Below are positions 24,338 to 35,788 of a stretch of 64,000 nt of DNA, piece by piece. Within the stretch, counting starts at the first letter, position 1. Each line of letters opens with the position of its first letter. This DNA is from Anaeromyxobacter sp. (lineage in GTDB: Bacteria; Myxococcota; Myxococcia; Myxococcales; Anaeromyxobacteraceae), in the NCBI GenBank assembly GCA_049840735.1, contig JASGJN010000019.1, positions 32,001-96,000 of the forward strand, read 5' to 3'. A model generated the notes under the pieces. It saw only the letters and a program-made list of their open reading frames with translations, searched no databases and was not told the origin of the DNA. A program made the translations under genes and the position numbers.

Positions 24338-26369
24338 ATGTCCCGGATCCTCCACCTGGCGCCCTGCCTCGCGCTGCTGGCGCTCGCCGGCTGCAAGTCC
24401 GTCCAGGAGCCGCTGAGCTGCGAGACCTCCGACCAGTGCCCCTCGGGCTCCACCTGCGAGCGCGGCTACTGCCACGAGGGCGTGGGCATCGCCATCGCCT
24501 CTCCCACCGGGCCGATCTGGACCAGCGGCGCGGTGGACATCCAGGTCGAGGTGGCGGCCGAGGTCTCCGCGGTGCGGATCGTGGTGGACGAGGAGGAGCG
24601 GGGCCGCGTCTCCGCCCCCTTCCTCTACACGCTGGACACGACCACGCTGGCCGAGGGCCGTCGCGAGGTCTGGGCCGAGGCCATCGTGAACGGGCAGCGC
24701 TTCCCCAGCACCCACCTCGAGGTGAACGTGGACCGGACGAAGCCGCTGCCCCCCACCTTCACCTCGCCCGCGGCCACCAACCTGCAGCCGGTGCCGCTGC
24801 AGGGCACCACGGAGGGCAGCGCGCGCGTCCAGCTCCGGTACGGCGGCGCGCCGGTCGGCGACGCGATCCAGGCCACGGCCGGCGGCGCGTGGGTCACGAC
24901 CATGGCCCTCGCCCCCGGCGCGCACGTGTTCGAGGCCACCGCCAGCGATCGCGCGGGGAACACCTCGGCCCCGGCCAGCTGGACCGTGACCGTGGACCGG
25001 ACCAGCCCCTCCGTGCTCACCCGGGCGCCCAGCGGCGACTCGGTCCTCTCCCGCACGGCCGTGGTGGTCACGTTCGACGAGCCCATGCGGCCGGGCAGCG
25101 TGACGGCCTCCTCGCTGGTGGTCACGGCCAGCGGCGGCCAGGCGCCCGCGATGGGCGCGCCGGCGCTCTCGTCGGACGGGCTGACGCTGACCGTCCCGGT
25201 GCTGACGGCAGGCACCGTCCCCAACAGCCTCACCGCCACGCTCTCCGGCCTCACCGACCTGGCCGGCAACGCGCTCCCGGTGGACAGCTGGTCCTGGGGC
25301 ACGCCGGAGTGGGTGCCGCTGGGGACGCGGATGTACATCGGCGCGGAGGCCCTCAGCTACGACTGGGCGCTGCTGCCCAGCGGATCTGCCGTGATGGTCG
25401 CCCAGGATGACTACGCCAGCTGCGCCAACAGGGTGCAGCTGTGGTCCGGCGACGCCTGGACGCTGCTGGCGCCGCCCAGCCACGGCGGCTCGATCTGGTA
25501 CTGCGGCGGCTCCTCGGTGGCGGCCGACCTGCAGGGCGGGGTCCTGCTGGCGTCGGTCCACCGGATCGGCGGCGTGGAGCAGCTCTACGTCGATCGCTAC
25601 CAGGACGGCACCTGGGTGACGCTGGGCGGCGCGCTCAACATGGACGCGACCCACCCCGCGGCCCGGCCGGTGATCCGCGTGGACAGCGCCGGCACGCCCT
25701 TCGTGCTCTGGCGCGACCGTGAGCGGGACCGCCCACCTGTTCGCCTCCAGCTGGAACGGCACGACCTGGGAGCGCCGGTCGGGGGACGAGAGCGACGGCT
25801 TCGACCTGCACGGCGGCGTGACCGACTACGATCTGGGCATGGGACCAGGCGGGCGGGTGTCGGTCCTGTCCACCAGTGGCGGCAACCCCAAGCTCAACCG
25901 GCTCCAGGGGACCTCGACCACGCCCAACCCGCACTACTGGCCTGGCCCCGCGGCCGCCGAGGTCGCGATCACGGTGGACGCCTCCGGGTTGGAGCTGGTG
26001 GCCGTGACCACCAGCGGTAAGGTCTCCACCTGGCGTCCGATCTGGAGCGGCGCCTCTCCGAGCTGGGCCCAGATCGGCAATCCCATCGGCACGAGCGCGA
26101 CCCGCCCCACCCTCGTGTACCGGCCGGCGGCCGTGCAGGGACAGCAGCTGTTCCTCGGATACCTCGACTCGCAGCCGCGCGTGTCCGCCTTCGACGGCAA
26201 CGGCTGGAGCAACGTCGGCGGAGGCCTCGGGCCCATGCAGGGAACCCTGCACTGGGGTGGCCTGTGCCTGTCCACGAACGCCAGCGGCGGGCTGGCTGCG
26301 CTCTGGGGAGAGGTCGGCGTCGGCTCCTATACGTCGCCCACGATGGTCACCAAGGTCTACAACCGCTGA
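24338..26369 (+). CDS. Lipoprotein with bacterial Ig-like domains and a probable C-terminal beta-propeller (frameshift ~25715)
   Basis: LAGC lipobox; ATASDRAGNTS, VDRTSP, VTFDEPM, DLAGNAL; Trp-rich repeats. Confidence 0.7.
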
Positions 26370-26475
26370 GCGGCTGGGCAGCCGCCCCGGGGCGGGGCAG
26401 GGTGAGACGAGGCGTGTAGCCCCGTCGCGCGCACCGGCAGCAAGGGACTTCCCCGTCCCTCGCTTTCCGCGGAAG

Positions 26476-28330
26476 ATGCCCGGAATGTCCCCCCGAGACC
26501 CCGGTCCCGATCGGCAGGAACGCCGCGCGCGCGGCGTCACCGCGCGGCTGCTCCAGGGAAAGGGCCGGGTGGGCGCGCCCCGCTTCGGCCAGGCCTTCAC
26601 CATCGGCACGGCGCCCTCCTGCGACGTCCAGGTGGACGCCCCCGGCCTTCCGCCGGTCCACGCCGAGGTGCTGCCGGACGGGATCCTCTGGTGGATCCGC
26701 GACCTCTCCGGCGGGCCCGGGACCTTCGTCAACGGCGCCCGCGCGCAGATGGTGCCGCTGCGGGATCGCGCCGAGGTGGAGCTGGGCAAGGGCGGCCCGC
26801 GCCTCGAGCTGGTGGTGCAGAAGGCGGGACGGGGGGAGGAGGACGAGGAGCAGGAGGAGGACGACGACGACGAGGAGGCGCCGCAGCCGGCCGCCCCCGC
26901 TCGGCCCTCGCCCTTCGACTCCGCGAGCCCTGCGGGCTCGCTACGCTCAGGGCGAACGGATCGGGACCCCCAGCCGCCGGCAGCTTCGCAGCCCGGCCCG
27001 AAGCCGCCCGTCGCGACGCTCATCACCCCCGTCCCGCAGAAGGGCGCACCGCCGCCGGTGAAGACCGAGCTCCAGCCGGCCCGCCCTGCCACGGGAAAGG
27101 GCCAGCCCCCGCCCCCGCGCCCGGACGACGACGATGACGCCCCCACGGTGAAGCGCCCGCCGCGCAAGGGCGCCGCCGAGCCCGGGCCCAGCGGGAAGCC
27201 CGCCACGGAGAAGGACCTGCTGCGCCGCTTCCTGCGCAAGGACGCGCCCGGCGCGGCGGTCGGCCACGAGACCATGATGTTCCGCAAGGCGCTGGCCACC
27301 GCCAAGAAGCGGTCGCTGCTACCCTGGCAGATCCTGGCCTCGGTGGCGCTCACCGCGGCGCTGCTGGCGGCCGGCGTCATCTACCACCAGCAGCGCAAGC
27401 TCACCGAGCTGCGCGCCAGCGCCGAGAAGCTCTTCTACGCCTCCCGCGCCATGGAGGTGGAGGTGGCCCAGCTCGAGGAGATCGTGCTGGCCCACACCGA
27501 CCGGAAGGTCCTGCAGGAGCTGCTGGACCGGAAGTCCAGGCACGCCGCGCTGGAGGCCGAGTACGACAGCTTCGTGCGCGAGCTGGGCGTCTACGCCAAG
27601 GCCTCGCGCGACGAGCAGGTGATCATGCGCGTGGCCCGCGCCTTCGGCGAGTGCGGAATCGGCATGCCGAAGGACTTCGTGGCCCAGGTGCGGATCTACG
27701 TGGACCGCTGGCGCACCTCCAACCGGCTGGCCAACGCCCTGAAGCGCTCGGCGGCGCGCGGCTACGGCCCGGCCATCCAGCGCGTCTTCGTGGAGGCCGG
27801 GCTGCCCCAGGCAGTACGTCTACCTGCCGCTGCAGGAGAGCGGCTACGACGACCGCGCGGTGGGCCCGCCCACCCGCTACGGCCACGCCAAGGGCATGTG
27901 GCAGTTCATCTCCGCCACCGCCACGCGCTACGGCCTGCAGATCGGTCCGCTCTACAATCAGCCGGCCTACGACCCGCGCGACGACCGGTTCGACTGGCAG
28001 AAGGCCACCACCGCGGCCGTGCGCTACATCAAGGAGCTGAACGCCGAGGAGGCCCAGGCCTCCGGGCTCCTGGTCCTGGCCTCCTACAACTGGGGCGAGA
28101 CGCACGTCCGGGAGACCATCGAGAGCCTCCCGGCCAACCCGCGGGAGCGGAACTTCTGGCGGCTGCTCCGTGACCGGCGCGTCCCGAAGGAGACCTACGA
28201 CTACGTCATGTCGATCTTCTCGGCCGCCGTGATCTGCGAGGATCCGAAGCTTTTCGGCTTCGACCTGACCTGCCCCGAGCTGCAGGAGCTGGACGTACGT
28301 CCGGCCAGCGGCGCCCCCGCGCGGCAGTGA
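26476..28330 (+). CDS. FHA domain - linker - TM - lytic transglycosylase (SLT/MltD-like) fusion (frameshift ~27810)
   Basis: IGT..CDV..HAEV..IRDL..GTFVNG (FHA-like); after frame correction LPLQESGY..AKGMWQFI..ASYNWGE..ETYDYV (SLT motifs). Confidence 0.8.
26910..26959 (-). repeat. REP-like element inside a coding linker
   Basis: gcccttcgactcc-gcgagccctgcgggctcgc-tacgctcagggcgaacgg; same arms as 38941, 42817 and 62329. Confidence 0.85.
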
Positions 28331-28485
28331 GCCACAGCCGGCCGGCCCTGGCCCGTCGATCCCCGTCCTGGGGGTGAAACAGCCGCATGGCCAGACCCCT
28401 CGTTTCGAGGGATACTGACCGGACCGGCAGTGCACACAGGATGGGCCCCGGCCACGCGCAGCGCGGCCGTCGGGAGGGGAACCGC

Positions 28486-31106
28486 ATGCGCGTCGAGGCT
28501 CGCTCGCTGGTCCGGAAGCTCACCCCCACCGCCACCCGCGCGCTCGAGGCCTCGGTGGGCCGCGCCGCCCAGGGCGGCTACTACGAGCTGACGGTGGAGC
28601 ACCTGCTCTCGTCGCTGCTCGAGCCGGACGAAGGCGACGTCGCGCTGCTGATGCAGGCGCACGGCGCCAATCGCCGCCGGCTGGCCGGCGCGGTGGAGCG
28701 GGTCCTCTCCGCCATGAAGACCGGCAACCCGGGGCGCCCGGTCATCTCGGAGAGCGTCTTCACCTGGCTGGAGGAGGCCTGGCTGACCGCGTCGGTGGAC
28801 CTGGGCGCGTCCAAGCTGCGCACCGGCCACCTGCTGCTGCAGCTGGTCGCCAAGCCCGACCGCTACACCGGCGACTCCTACGCGGTGCTGGAGGAGCTGG
28901 ACGAGAAGGCCATGAAGGCCGGGCTGGAGGACCTGCTGGCCGGCAGCCCGGAGGCGCACGAGGCGCTGGTGGAGGGCGCGGCGGCGCCGGGCGGCGAGGG
29001 TGCTCCCGGCAAGCCCGGGCAGGCCGGCGGTGAGGCGCTGGCGCGCTTCGCCACCAACTTCACGCAGCGCGCCCGCGACGGCAAGATCGACCCCATCTTC
29101 GGCCGCCACCGCGAGATCCGCCAGGTGATCGACATCCTGGCCCGCCGCCGCAAGAACAACCCCATCATCGTGGGCGAGCCGGGCGTGGGGAAGACCGCGC
29201 TGGTCGAGGGGCTGGCGATCGCCATCGCCGCGGGCGACGTGCCGGACGCGCTGAAGGAGGTCGAGCTGCTGGGGCTCGACCTGGGGCTGCTCCAGGCCGG
29301 CGCCAGCGTGCGCGGCGAGTTCGAGAACCGGCTCAAGGCGGTCATCTCGGAGGTGAAGGCCTCGGCCCGGCCCATCATCCTCTTCATCGACGAGGCCCAC
29401 ACCATGATCGGCGCCGGCGGCACGGCCGGCGGCAGCGACGCGGCCAACCTGCTCAAGCCGGCGCTGGCGCGCGGCGAGCTGCGGACCATCGCGGCCACCA
29501 CCTGGAGCGAGTACAAGAAGTACTTCGAGAAGGACGCCGCCCTGGAGCGGCGCTTCCAGCCGGTCAAGGTGGACGAGCCCTCCGACGAGGACGCGGTGGT
29601 GATGCTGCGCGGCCTGCGCGCCGCCTACGAGGCGGCGCACGGGGTGGTGATCCGCGACGAGGCCATCACCGCCGCCGTGACCCTGTCCCGCCGCTACCTC
29701 TCCGGCCGGCAGCTGCCGGACAAGGCGGTGGACCTGCTCGACACCGCCGCCGCCCGCGTCAAGATCGCCCTGGCCGCCCGGCCGGAGGCGCTGGTGGCGG
29801 CGCAGGAGGAGATCGCCGCCCTGGAGCGGGCCCGCGCCGCGGTGACCCGCGACGTGACCGACGGCCAGCGCAAGGAGGACGGCGCGGTGGCCGACCTCGA
29901 CGCCCGCCTGGCGGCGGCGCGCGACCGCGTGGCGGGGCTGGAGACGCGGCTGGGCGCGGAGCGCGCGGCGGTGGAGGCCCTGCGCGCGGCGCGGGCCGCG
30001 CTGGCCGAGGGGAAGGGCGACCGGGCCGCGGTGGACGCGGCGGCGGAGGCGCTGGCCAAGCTGCAGGGCGAGCGCCCGCTGCTCCACGCCGAGGTGGACG
30101 CCGACGCGGTGGCCCGCGTGATCGAGGCCTGGACCGGCGTGCCGGCGGGCAAGATGCGCTCGGGGCAGATCCAGGCGGTGCTGGAGGTCGAGCAGCGGCT
30201 CACCGAGCGCGTGAAGGGGCAGCCGGAGGCGGTGAAGGCGGTGGCCGAGGCGCTGCGCATCTCGCACGCCGGCATCCGCAACCCGGGCGCGCCGGTGGGC
30301 GTGCTGCTCTTCGTGGGCCCCAGCGGCGTGGGCAAGACCGAGACCGCGGTGGCGCTGGCCGACCTGCTCTACGGCGGCGAGCGGTTCATGACCCAGATCG
30401 CCATGAGCGAGTTCCAGGAGAAGCACTCGGTCTCGCGGCTGATCGGCTCGCCCCCGGGCTACGTCGGCTACGGCGAGGGCGGCCGGCTCACCGAGGCGGT
30501 GCGGCAGCGCCCGTACTCGGTGGTGCTGCTGGACGAGTGCGAGAAGGCCGACCTGGAGGTGATGAACCTCTTCTACCAGGTGTTCGACAAGGGCACCCTC
30601 ACCGACGGTGAGGGGCGCGAGGTGGACTTCAAGAACACCCTGGTGATCCTCACCTCCAACCTGGCCACCGACCTGATCATGGCGGCCTTCGACGACGAGG
30701 AGAAGCCCACCGCCGAGCAGGTGGCGGCCGCCATCCGGCCCATCCTCTCCAAGCACTTCAAGCCGGCGCTGCTGGCCCGCATGACCATCGTCCCCTTCGC
30801 GCCGCTGCCGAAGGACGTGCTGAAGGGAGATCGTCCAGCTCAAGCTGGGCGCGCTGGCGAAGCGGCTCACCGCCAGCCACGGCATCCAGGCCGCCTTCGC
30901 GCCGGAGCTGGTGGACCACCTGGCCGGCCGCTGCCAGGACCCGGGAGACCGGCGCCCGCAACGTGGACCACGTGCTGCGCGGCGGGCTCATGTCCGACCT
31001 CGCCCGCGCGCTGCTGGAGCGGATGGCCTCCGGCACCCCCGCCGCCCGCGTGGCGGTGGCGGTGGACGCCCAGGGCGCCTTCCAGATCACCTTCGACGAG
31101 GCCTGA
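28486..31106 (+). CDS. tssH: T6SS AAA+ ATPase TssH/ClpV (frameshifts ~30826 and ~30943)
   Basis: N-terminal LVRKL..ALEAS...EH, ARRRKNNP, GEPGVGKT, LQAGASVRGEFENRLK, TTWSEYKKYFEKDAALERRFQ, GPSGVGKTE, GEGGRLTEAVR. Confidence 0.92.
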
Positions 31107-31109
31107 GCC

Positions 31110-32633
31110 ATGCTCGCCCTGCACGTCCGTGTCCAGGAGCTCGACGGCGGCGGGACCCACGAGACCTACGCGTTCCACCGCTCGCCGGTGCGCGTGGGGC
31201 GGGGCGAGCTGAACGACCTGCGGCTTGACTATCCGTACGTCTCGAACTGGCACGGGCTGATCCAGTTCGACGACGAGGGGATCCGCTTCGTGGACCTGGG
31301 GTCCACCAACGGCTCGTTCCTGGACGGCGTGCGGCTGGACAAGAACGTCCAGGCCACCATCCAGCCCAGCCACGAGCTCCTGCTGGGCCGGCTGCAGCTG
31401 GTGCTGAGCCGCGAGAGCGCCGAGGCGCACGCGCCGGCGCCGCCGGCCCCGCCGCACTCGGTGACGATGTTCGCCCGGCGCGTGGCGCTGGACCAGGCCG
31501 TGGCCGGCGCCCTCTCCGGCCGGCTGGAGAAGCTGGCCCGCGAGGAGGCGGGCGCGCCTGCCCTCCCGGTCGAGCCGGCGGCTCCGCACGTCGAGGCCGC
31601 GCACGCGCCGGCGCCGCACCTCCCGGCGCCCCCGCCTCCATCTCCGCTCCCGCCCCCGCCGCCTGCGCCGGTGGCCGACAGCCCGGCCCTGCTGGCCGCA
31701 CTGGACACCGCCTCCTGGCAGCTGGGCGTGCTGCACGACGCCTGCAAGCAGGCCGACGAGAACTTCACGGCGGCGCTGGACCAGGCCATCGCCTTCCTGA
31801 GCGAGCCGGAGCAGGCCCGCGCCCGGGTGCTCGCGGCCGAGCGCTTCCCGAACGCGCCGGGCCAGCCCGCCGCCGCCGCGCCGCCGGCCTGGGCGGCCCC
31901 GGCTCCGGTGGTTCCGGATCAGGCGGCCCCGCCCCGCTCGGACTCCGTTCGCGGTGAGCCTGTCGAACCGCGAACGGGGGCTGAATGGGGCCCAGGACGG
32001 CCCCCCGACGACAGCCCCGGCGCCGCCACCGCGCTGCTGCGCGTCTTCGCCGAGGCCTACCTCGGGCCGGAGGCCGCCCCGCGCACGCCCGAGGCCCAGC
32101 AGGCGCTGCTCTCGGTGCTGGCCGAGGTGCTGGAGACGGCGGCGCGCGGCTACCTCGAGCTGCGCAGCGGCTACGAGCAGTTCGCCCGCGAGATCGGCAT
32201 CCGCCTGCCGCGCAGCGAGGGGGCCATCGGCAAGATCACCGACGCCAACCAGCTGGTGACCTGGCTGCTCCAGCCCACCGACGGCGAGCCGCGCGCCCAC
32301 CAGCTGGGCAGCGCCTTCGCGGATCTCATGATCCACCAGGTGGGCCTGCTGAACGGCGTGCAGGCCGGCGGCCGCGCCCTGCTGGACCGCCTGTCGCCCG
32401 GCGCGCTGACGCGCGAGGTGGAGAAGAAGGGCGGCTTCGGCATCGGCCTCCGCCCGCTTCGCGAGGCGGCGCTGTGGCGGGCGCTGGAGGAGAAGTTCCA
32501 GGAGCTGACAGAGGAGGACAACGCCGTCACCGACGTCCTCTTCGGCAAGGAGTTCGCGCGGGCCTACGCGGCCCTGACCGGCCGCCGCCCCACCGGCGAC
32601 AGCGACCCGCGCCTCGACCAGAAGCGGCGCTGA
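31110..32633 (+). CDS. tagH: T6SS-associated FHA protein, TagH/Fha-like
   Basis: FHA motifs VGR..VSNWH..DLGSTNG; C-terminal AFADLMIHQVGLL..ALW..FGKEFARAY. Confidence 0.75.
   Translation: MLALHVRVQELDGGGTHETYAFHRSPVRVGRGELNDLRLDYPYVSNWHGLIQFDDEGIRFVDLGSTNGSFLDGVRLDKNVQATIQPSHELLLGRLQLVLSRESAEAHAPAPPAPPHSVTMFARRVALDQAVAGALSGRLEKLAREEAGAPALPVEPAAPHVEAAHAPAPHLPAPPPPSPLPPPPPAPVADSPALLAALDTASWQLGVLHDACKQADENFTAALDQAIAFLSEPEQARARVLAAERFPNAPGQPAAAAPPAWAAPAPVVPDQAAPPRSDSVRGEPVEPRTGAEWGPGRPPDDSPGAATALLRVFAEAYLGPEAAPRTPEAQQALLSVLAEVLETAARGYLELRSGYEQFAREIGIRLPRSEGAIGKITDANQLVTWLLQPTDGEPRAHQLGSAFADLMIHQVGLLNGVQAGGRALLDRLSPGALTREVEKKGGFGIGLRPLREAALWRALEEKFQELTEEDNAVTDVLFGKEFARAYAALTGRRPTGDSDPRLDQKRR
31945..31977 (+). 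repeat. Short-form REP-like palindrome (33 bp) inside the tagH linker
   Basis: ccgttcgcggt-gagcctgtcga-accgcgaacgg; perfect 11-bp stem. Confidence 0.75.
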
Positions 32634-32653
32634 GCGCCCCCCGGAGACCCACC

Positions 32654-33601
32654 ATGAACCGTTCCTCGCGCTCCGCCGCGCCCGCCCTCGCGGCGCTCGC
32701 CCTGGCCCTGCCCGCCTGCGCCCCCACCAGCCCGCACCCCTGGTCCTACGAGGGCATCTGCTCCGTCGACGTGGACATGGGCCAGGCCGCCGACGCGGCC
32801 GCCTGGCGACGCCTGGTGCTGGGTGACCGCTCCCACCGCGGCGTGCGGGACTGCACCGGCACGCCGGTGGTGTGGGAGGGCCCGGTGCTCCAGTGCGGCG
32901 ACGCCGAGGTCACCCGCGCCGCGCTGCCGGCCCGCCCCGCCTCGGAAGGCGGCGAGGACGTGGTGGTCAGCGACGTGGACCCCTCGCACAAGCTGGTCTG
33001 GGTGCTCACCGACTTCCTGGCCACCGGCGACGCGCTGGGGCCGGTGGCGCTGGTCGAGATCCGCAACCGCATGATCCGCGTCGAGGCCATCGGCACGCTG
33101 CGCGCCTACCGGAGCGCCAAGCTGCGCCTGGTCCACTCCGGCGGCGCGGTGGTGCTGGTGGCGGAGGGGCAGGGCTGCGCCGGCGCCGGCCCGTCCACCT
33201 GCGGGCGCGCGGCGCGCCTGATGGCGCTCTCCGGCGCGCGCTTCCAGCAGAGCCAGCTGGTGGACGCCGGCGGCAGCTGCCTGGGCGCGGGCTGGGTGCA
33301 GCTGCAGCGCGAGGAGTACGAGGGCGGCACCGGCGGGCGCGAGCGCGTCTTCCGCCTCGACGCCTCGGTGGCCGGCGCCCCGGACGGCCTGAAGCTGACC
33401 GAGCTGGTCACCGTCCACGACCGCGACCCGCGCCGCCCCGAGGCGCCGGAGAAGCTGGTGCGCCGGGCCGAGTCCACCGCCGTCTACCGCGTGAACGGCG
33501 CCAACCTGGCCGGCGAGGCCGGCCCGCTCTGGGCCCGCATGGCCCCCGCCCCGGCGCCCGCCGCGCCGGTGCCGGTGCCGGCGCGCGGCCGCCGGAACTG
33601 A
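32654..33601 (+). CDS. Hypothetical lipoprotein, probably co-transcribed with tssH-tagH
   Basis: GGAG RBS, LPAC lipobox, several Cys residues. Confidence 0.7.
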   Translation: MNRSSRSAAPALAALALALPACAPTSPHPWSYEGICSVDVDMGQAADAAAWRRLVLGDRSHRGVRDCTGTPVVWEGPVLQCGDAEVTRAALPARPASEGGEDVVVSDVDPSHKLVWVLTDFLATGDALGPVALVEIRNRMIRVEAIGTLRAYRSAKLRLVHSGGAVVLVAEGQGCAGAGPSTCGRAARLMALSGARFQQSQLVDAGGSCLGAGWVQLQREEYEGGTGGRERVFRLDASVAGAPDGLKLTELVTVHDRDPRRPEAPEKLVRRAESTAVYRVNGANLAGEAGPLWARMAPAPAPAAPVPVPARGRRN

Positions 33602-33715
33602 GCGGGGTCCGGCTGCCCTCCGACTTCGCCGTGCCATCGGGACAAGCGGGACGGGGGGTGGGCCGATCCCGGTCCCGAGCGCGGCTTCCCCTTGGCGACG
33701 CGGTAGAGCGGCGGC

Positions 33716-35757
33716 GCGATCGCACCGGAGGGGACGGCACTGCGGGCCTTGCGAAGGATCCGTTCGGGCTGAGCGTAGCGGCCGCGAGGCGGCCGCGGAG
33801 TCGAAGCCCAAGGTTGCCACCGGGATCCGCAGGCGTTCGGTCCCCGTTCATCCTTCGACTCCGGGCCCGGTCCACCGGATCCTGCCGAGCCGAGGCCGGG
33901 CCCCTACGCTCAGGACGAACGGATGTGGGACCGCGATCGCACCGGAGAGGACGGCACTGCGGGCCTTGCGAAGGATCCGTTCGGGCTGAGCGTAGCGGCC
34001 GCGTAGCGGCCGCGGAGTCGAAGCCCAAGGTTGCCACCGGGATCCGCAGGCGTTCGGTCCCCGTTCATCCTTCGACTTCGGGCCCGGTCCACCGGATCCT
34101 GCCGAGCCGAGGCCGGGCCCTACGCTCAGGACGAACGGGATGGGGACCGCGATCGCACCGGTGGGGAACGGCACTGCGGGCCTTGCGAAGGATCCGTTCG
34201 GGCTGAGCGTAGCGGCCGCGAGGCGGCCGCGGAGTCGAAGCCCAGGGCTTGCCACCGGGAGCCGCAGGCGTTCGGTCCCCGTTCATCCTTCGACTCCGGG
34301 CCCGGCCCACCGGATCCTGCCGAGCCGAGGCCGGGCCCTACGCTCAGGACGAACGGGATGGGGACCGCAATCGCACCGGAGGGGACGGCACTGCGGGCCT
34401 TGCGAAGGATCCGTTCGGGCTGAGCGTAGCGGCCGCGTAGCGGCCGCGGAGTCGAAGCCCAAGGTTGCCACCGGGATCCGCAGGCGTTCGGTCCCCGTTC
34501 ATCCTTCGACTTCGGGCCCGGTCCACCGGATCCTGCCGAGCCGAGGCCGGGCCCTACGCTCAGGACGAACGGGATGGGGACCGCGATCGCACCGGTGGGG
34601 AACGGCACTGCGGGCCTTGCGAAGGATCCGTTCGGGCTGAGCGTAGCGGCCGCGAGGCGGCCGCGGAGTCGAAGCCCAGGGCTTGCCACCGGGAGCCGCA
34701 GGCGTTCGGTCCCCGTTCATCCTTCGACTCCGGGCCTGGTCCACCGGATCCTGCCCGAGCCGAGTCCGGGCCCTACGCTCAGGACGAACGGGATGGGGAC
34801 CGCAATCGCACCGGAGGGGACGGCACTGCGGGCCTTGCGAAGGATCCGTTCGGGCTGAGCGTAGCGGCCGCGAAGCGGCCGCGGAGTGGAAGCCCAGGGC
34901 TTGCCACCGGGATTCGCAGGCGTTCGGTCCCCGTTCATCCTTCGACTCCGGGCCCGGCCCACCGGATCCTGCCGAGCCGAGGCCGGGCCCTACGCTCAGG
35001 ACGAACGGATGGGGACCGCGATCGCACCGGAGGAGACGGCACTGCGGGCCTTGCGAAGGATCCGTTCGGGCTGAGCGTAGCGGCCGCGAGGCGGCCGCGG
35101 AGTCGAAGCCCAAGGTTGCCACCGGGATCCGCAGGCGTTCGGTCCCCGTTCATCCTTCGACTCCGGGCCCGGTCCACCGGATCCTGCCGAGCCGAGGCCG
35201 GGCCCTACGCTCAGGACGAACGGGGATGGGGGACCGCGATCGCACCGGAGGGGACGGCACTGCGGGCCTTGCGAAGGATCCGTTCGGGCTGAGCGTAGCG
35301 GCCGCGAAGCGGCCGCGGAGTCGAAGCCCAGGGCTTGCCACCGGGAGCCGCAGGCGTTCGGTCCCCGTTCATCCTTCGACTCCGGGCCTGGTCCACCGGA
35401 TCCTGCCGAGCCGAGGCCGGGCCCTACGCTCAGGACGAACGGGATGGGGACCGCGATCGCACCGGAGATGCTCGCGGCGCAGCCAATCCGTTCGGGCTGA
35501 GCGTAGCGGCCGCGTAGCGGCCGCGGAGTCGAAGCCCAGGGCTTGCCACCGGGATCCGCAGGCGTTCGGTCCCCGTTCATCCTTCGACTTCGGGCCCGGT
35601 CCACCGGATCCTGCCGAGCCGAGGCCGGGCCCTACGCTCAGGACGAACGGGATGGGGACCGCGATCGCACCAGTGGGGACGGCACTGCGGGCCTTGCGAA
35701 GGATCCGTTCGGGCTGAGCGTAGCGGCCGCGAGGCGGCCGCGGAGTCGAAGCCCAGG
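33716..35757. repeat. Tandem array of ~217-bp units (9 full + 1 partial), each with two inverted REP-like elements (BIME-like)
   Basis: Unit marker cgcacc at 33721, 33938, 34154, 34372, 34588, 34807, 35023, 35241, 35458, 35666. Confidence 0.95.
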
Positions 35758-35788
35758 CGCGGGGTGGTCCTCGCGAGCGGCCCCACCC

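Noticed and set aside
28486..31106. clpB chaperone
   Set aside because: ClpV-type signatures (LQAGASVRGEFENRLK, TTWSEYKKYFEKD) and the adjacent tagH-like gene favour tssH.
33716..35757. CRISPR array
   Set aside because: Whole ~217-bp units repeat with no unique spacers, and no cas genes are present.
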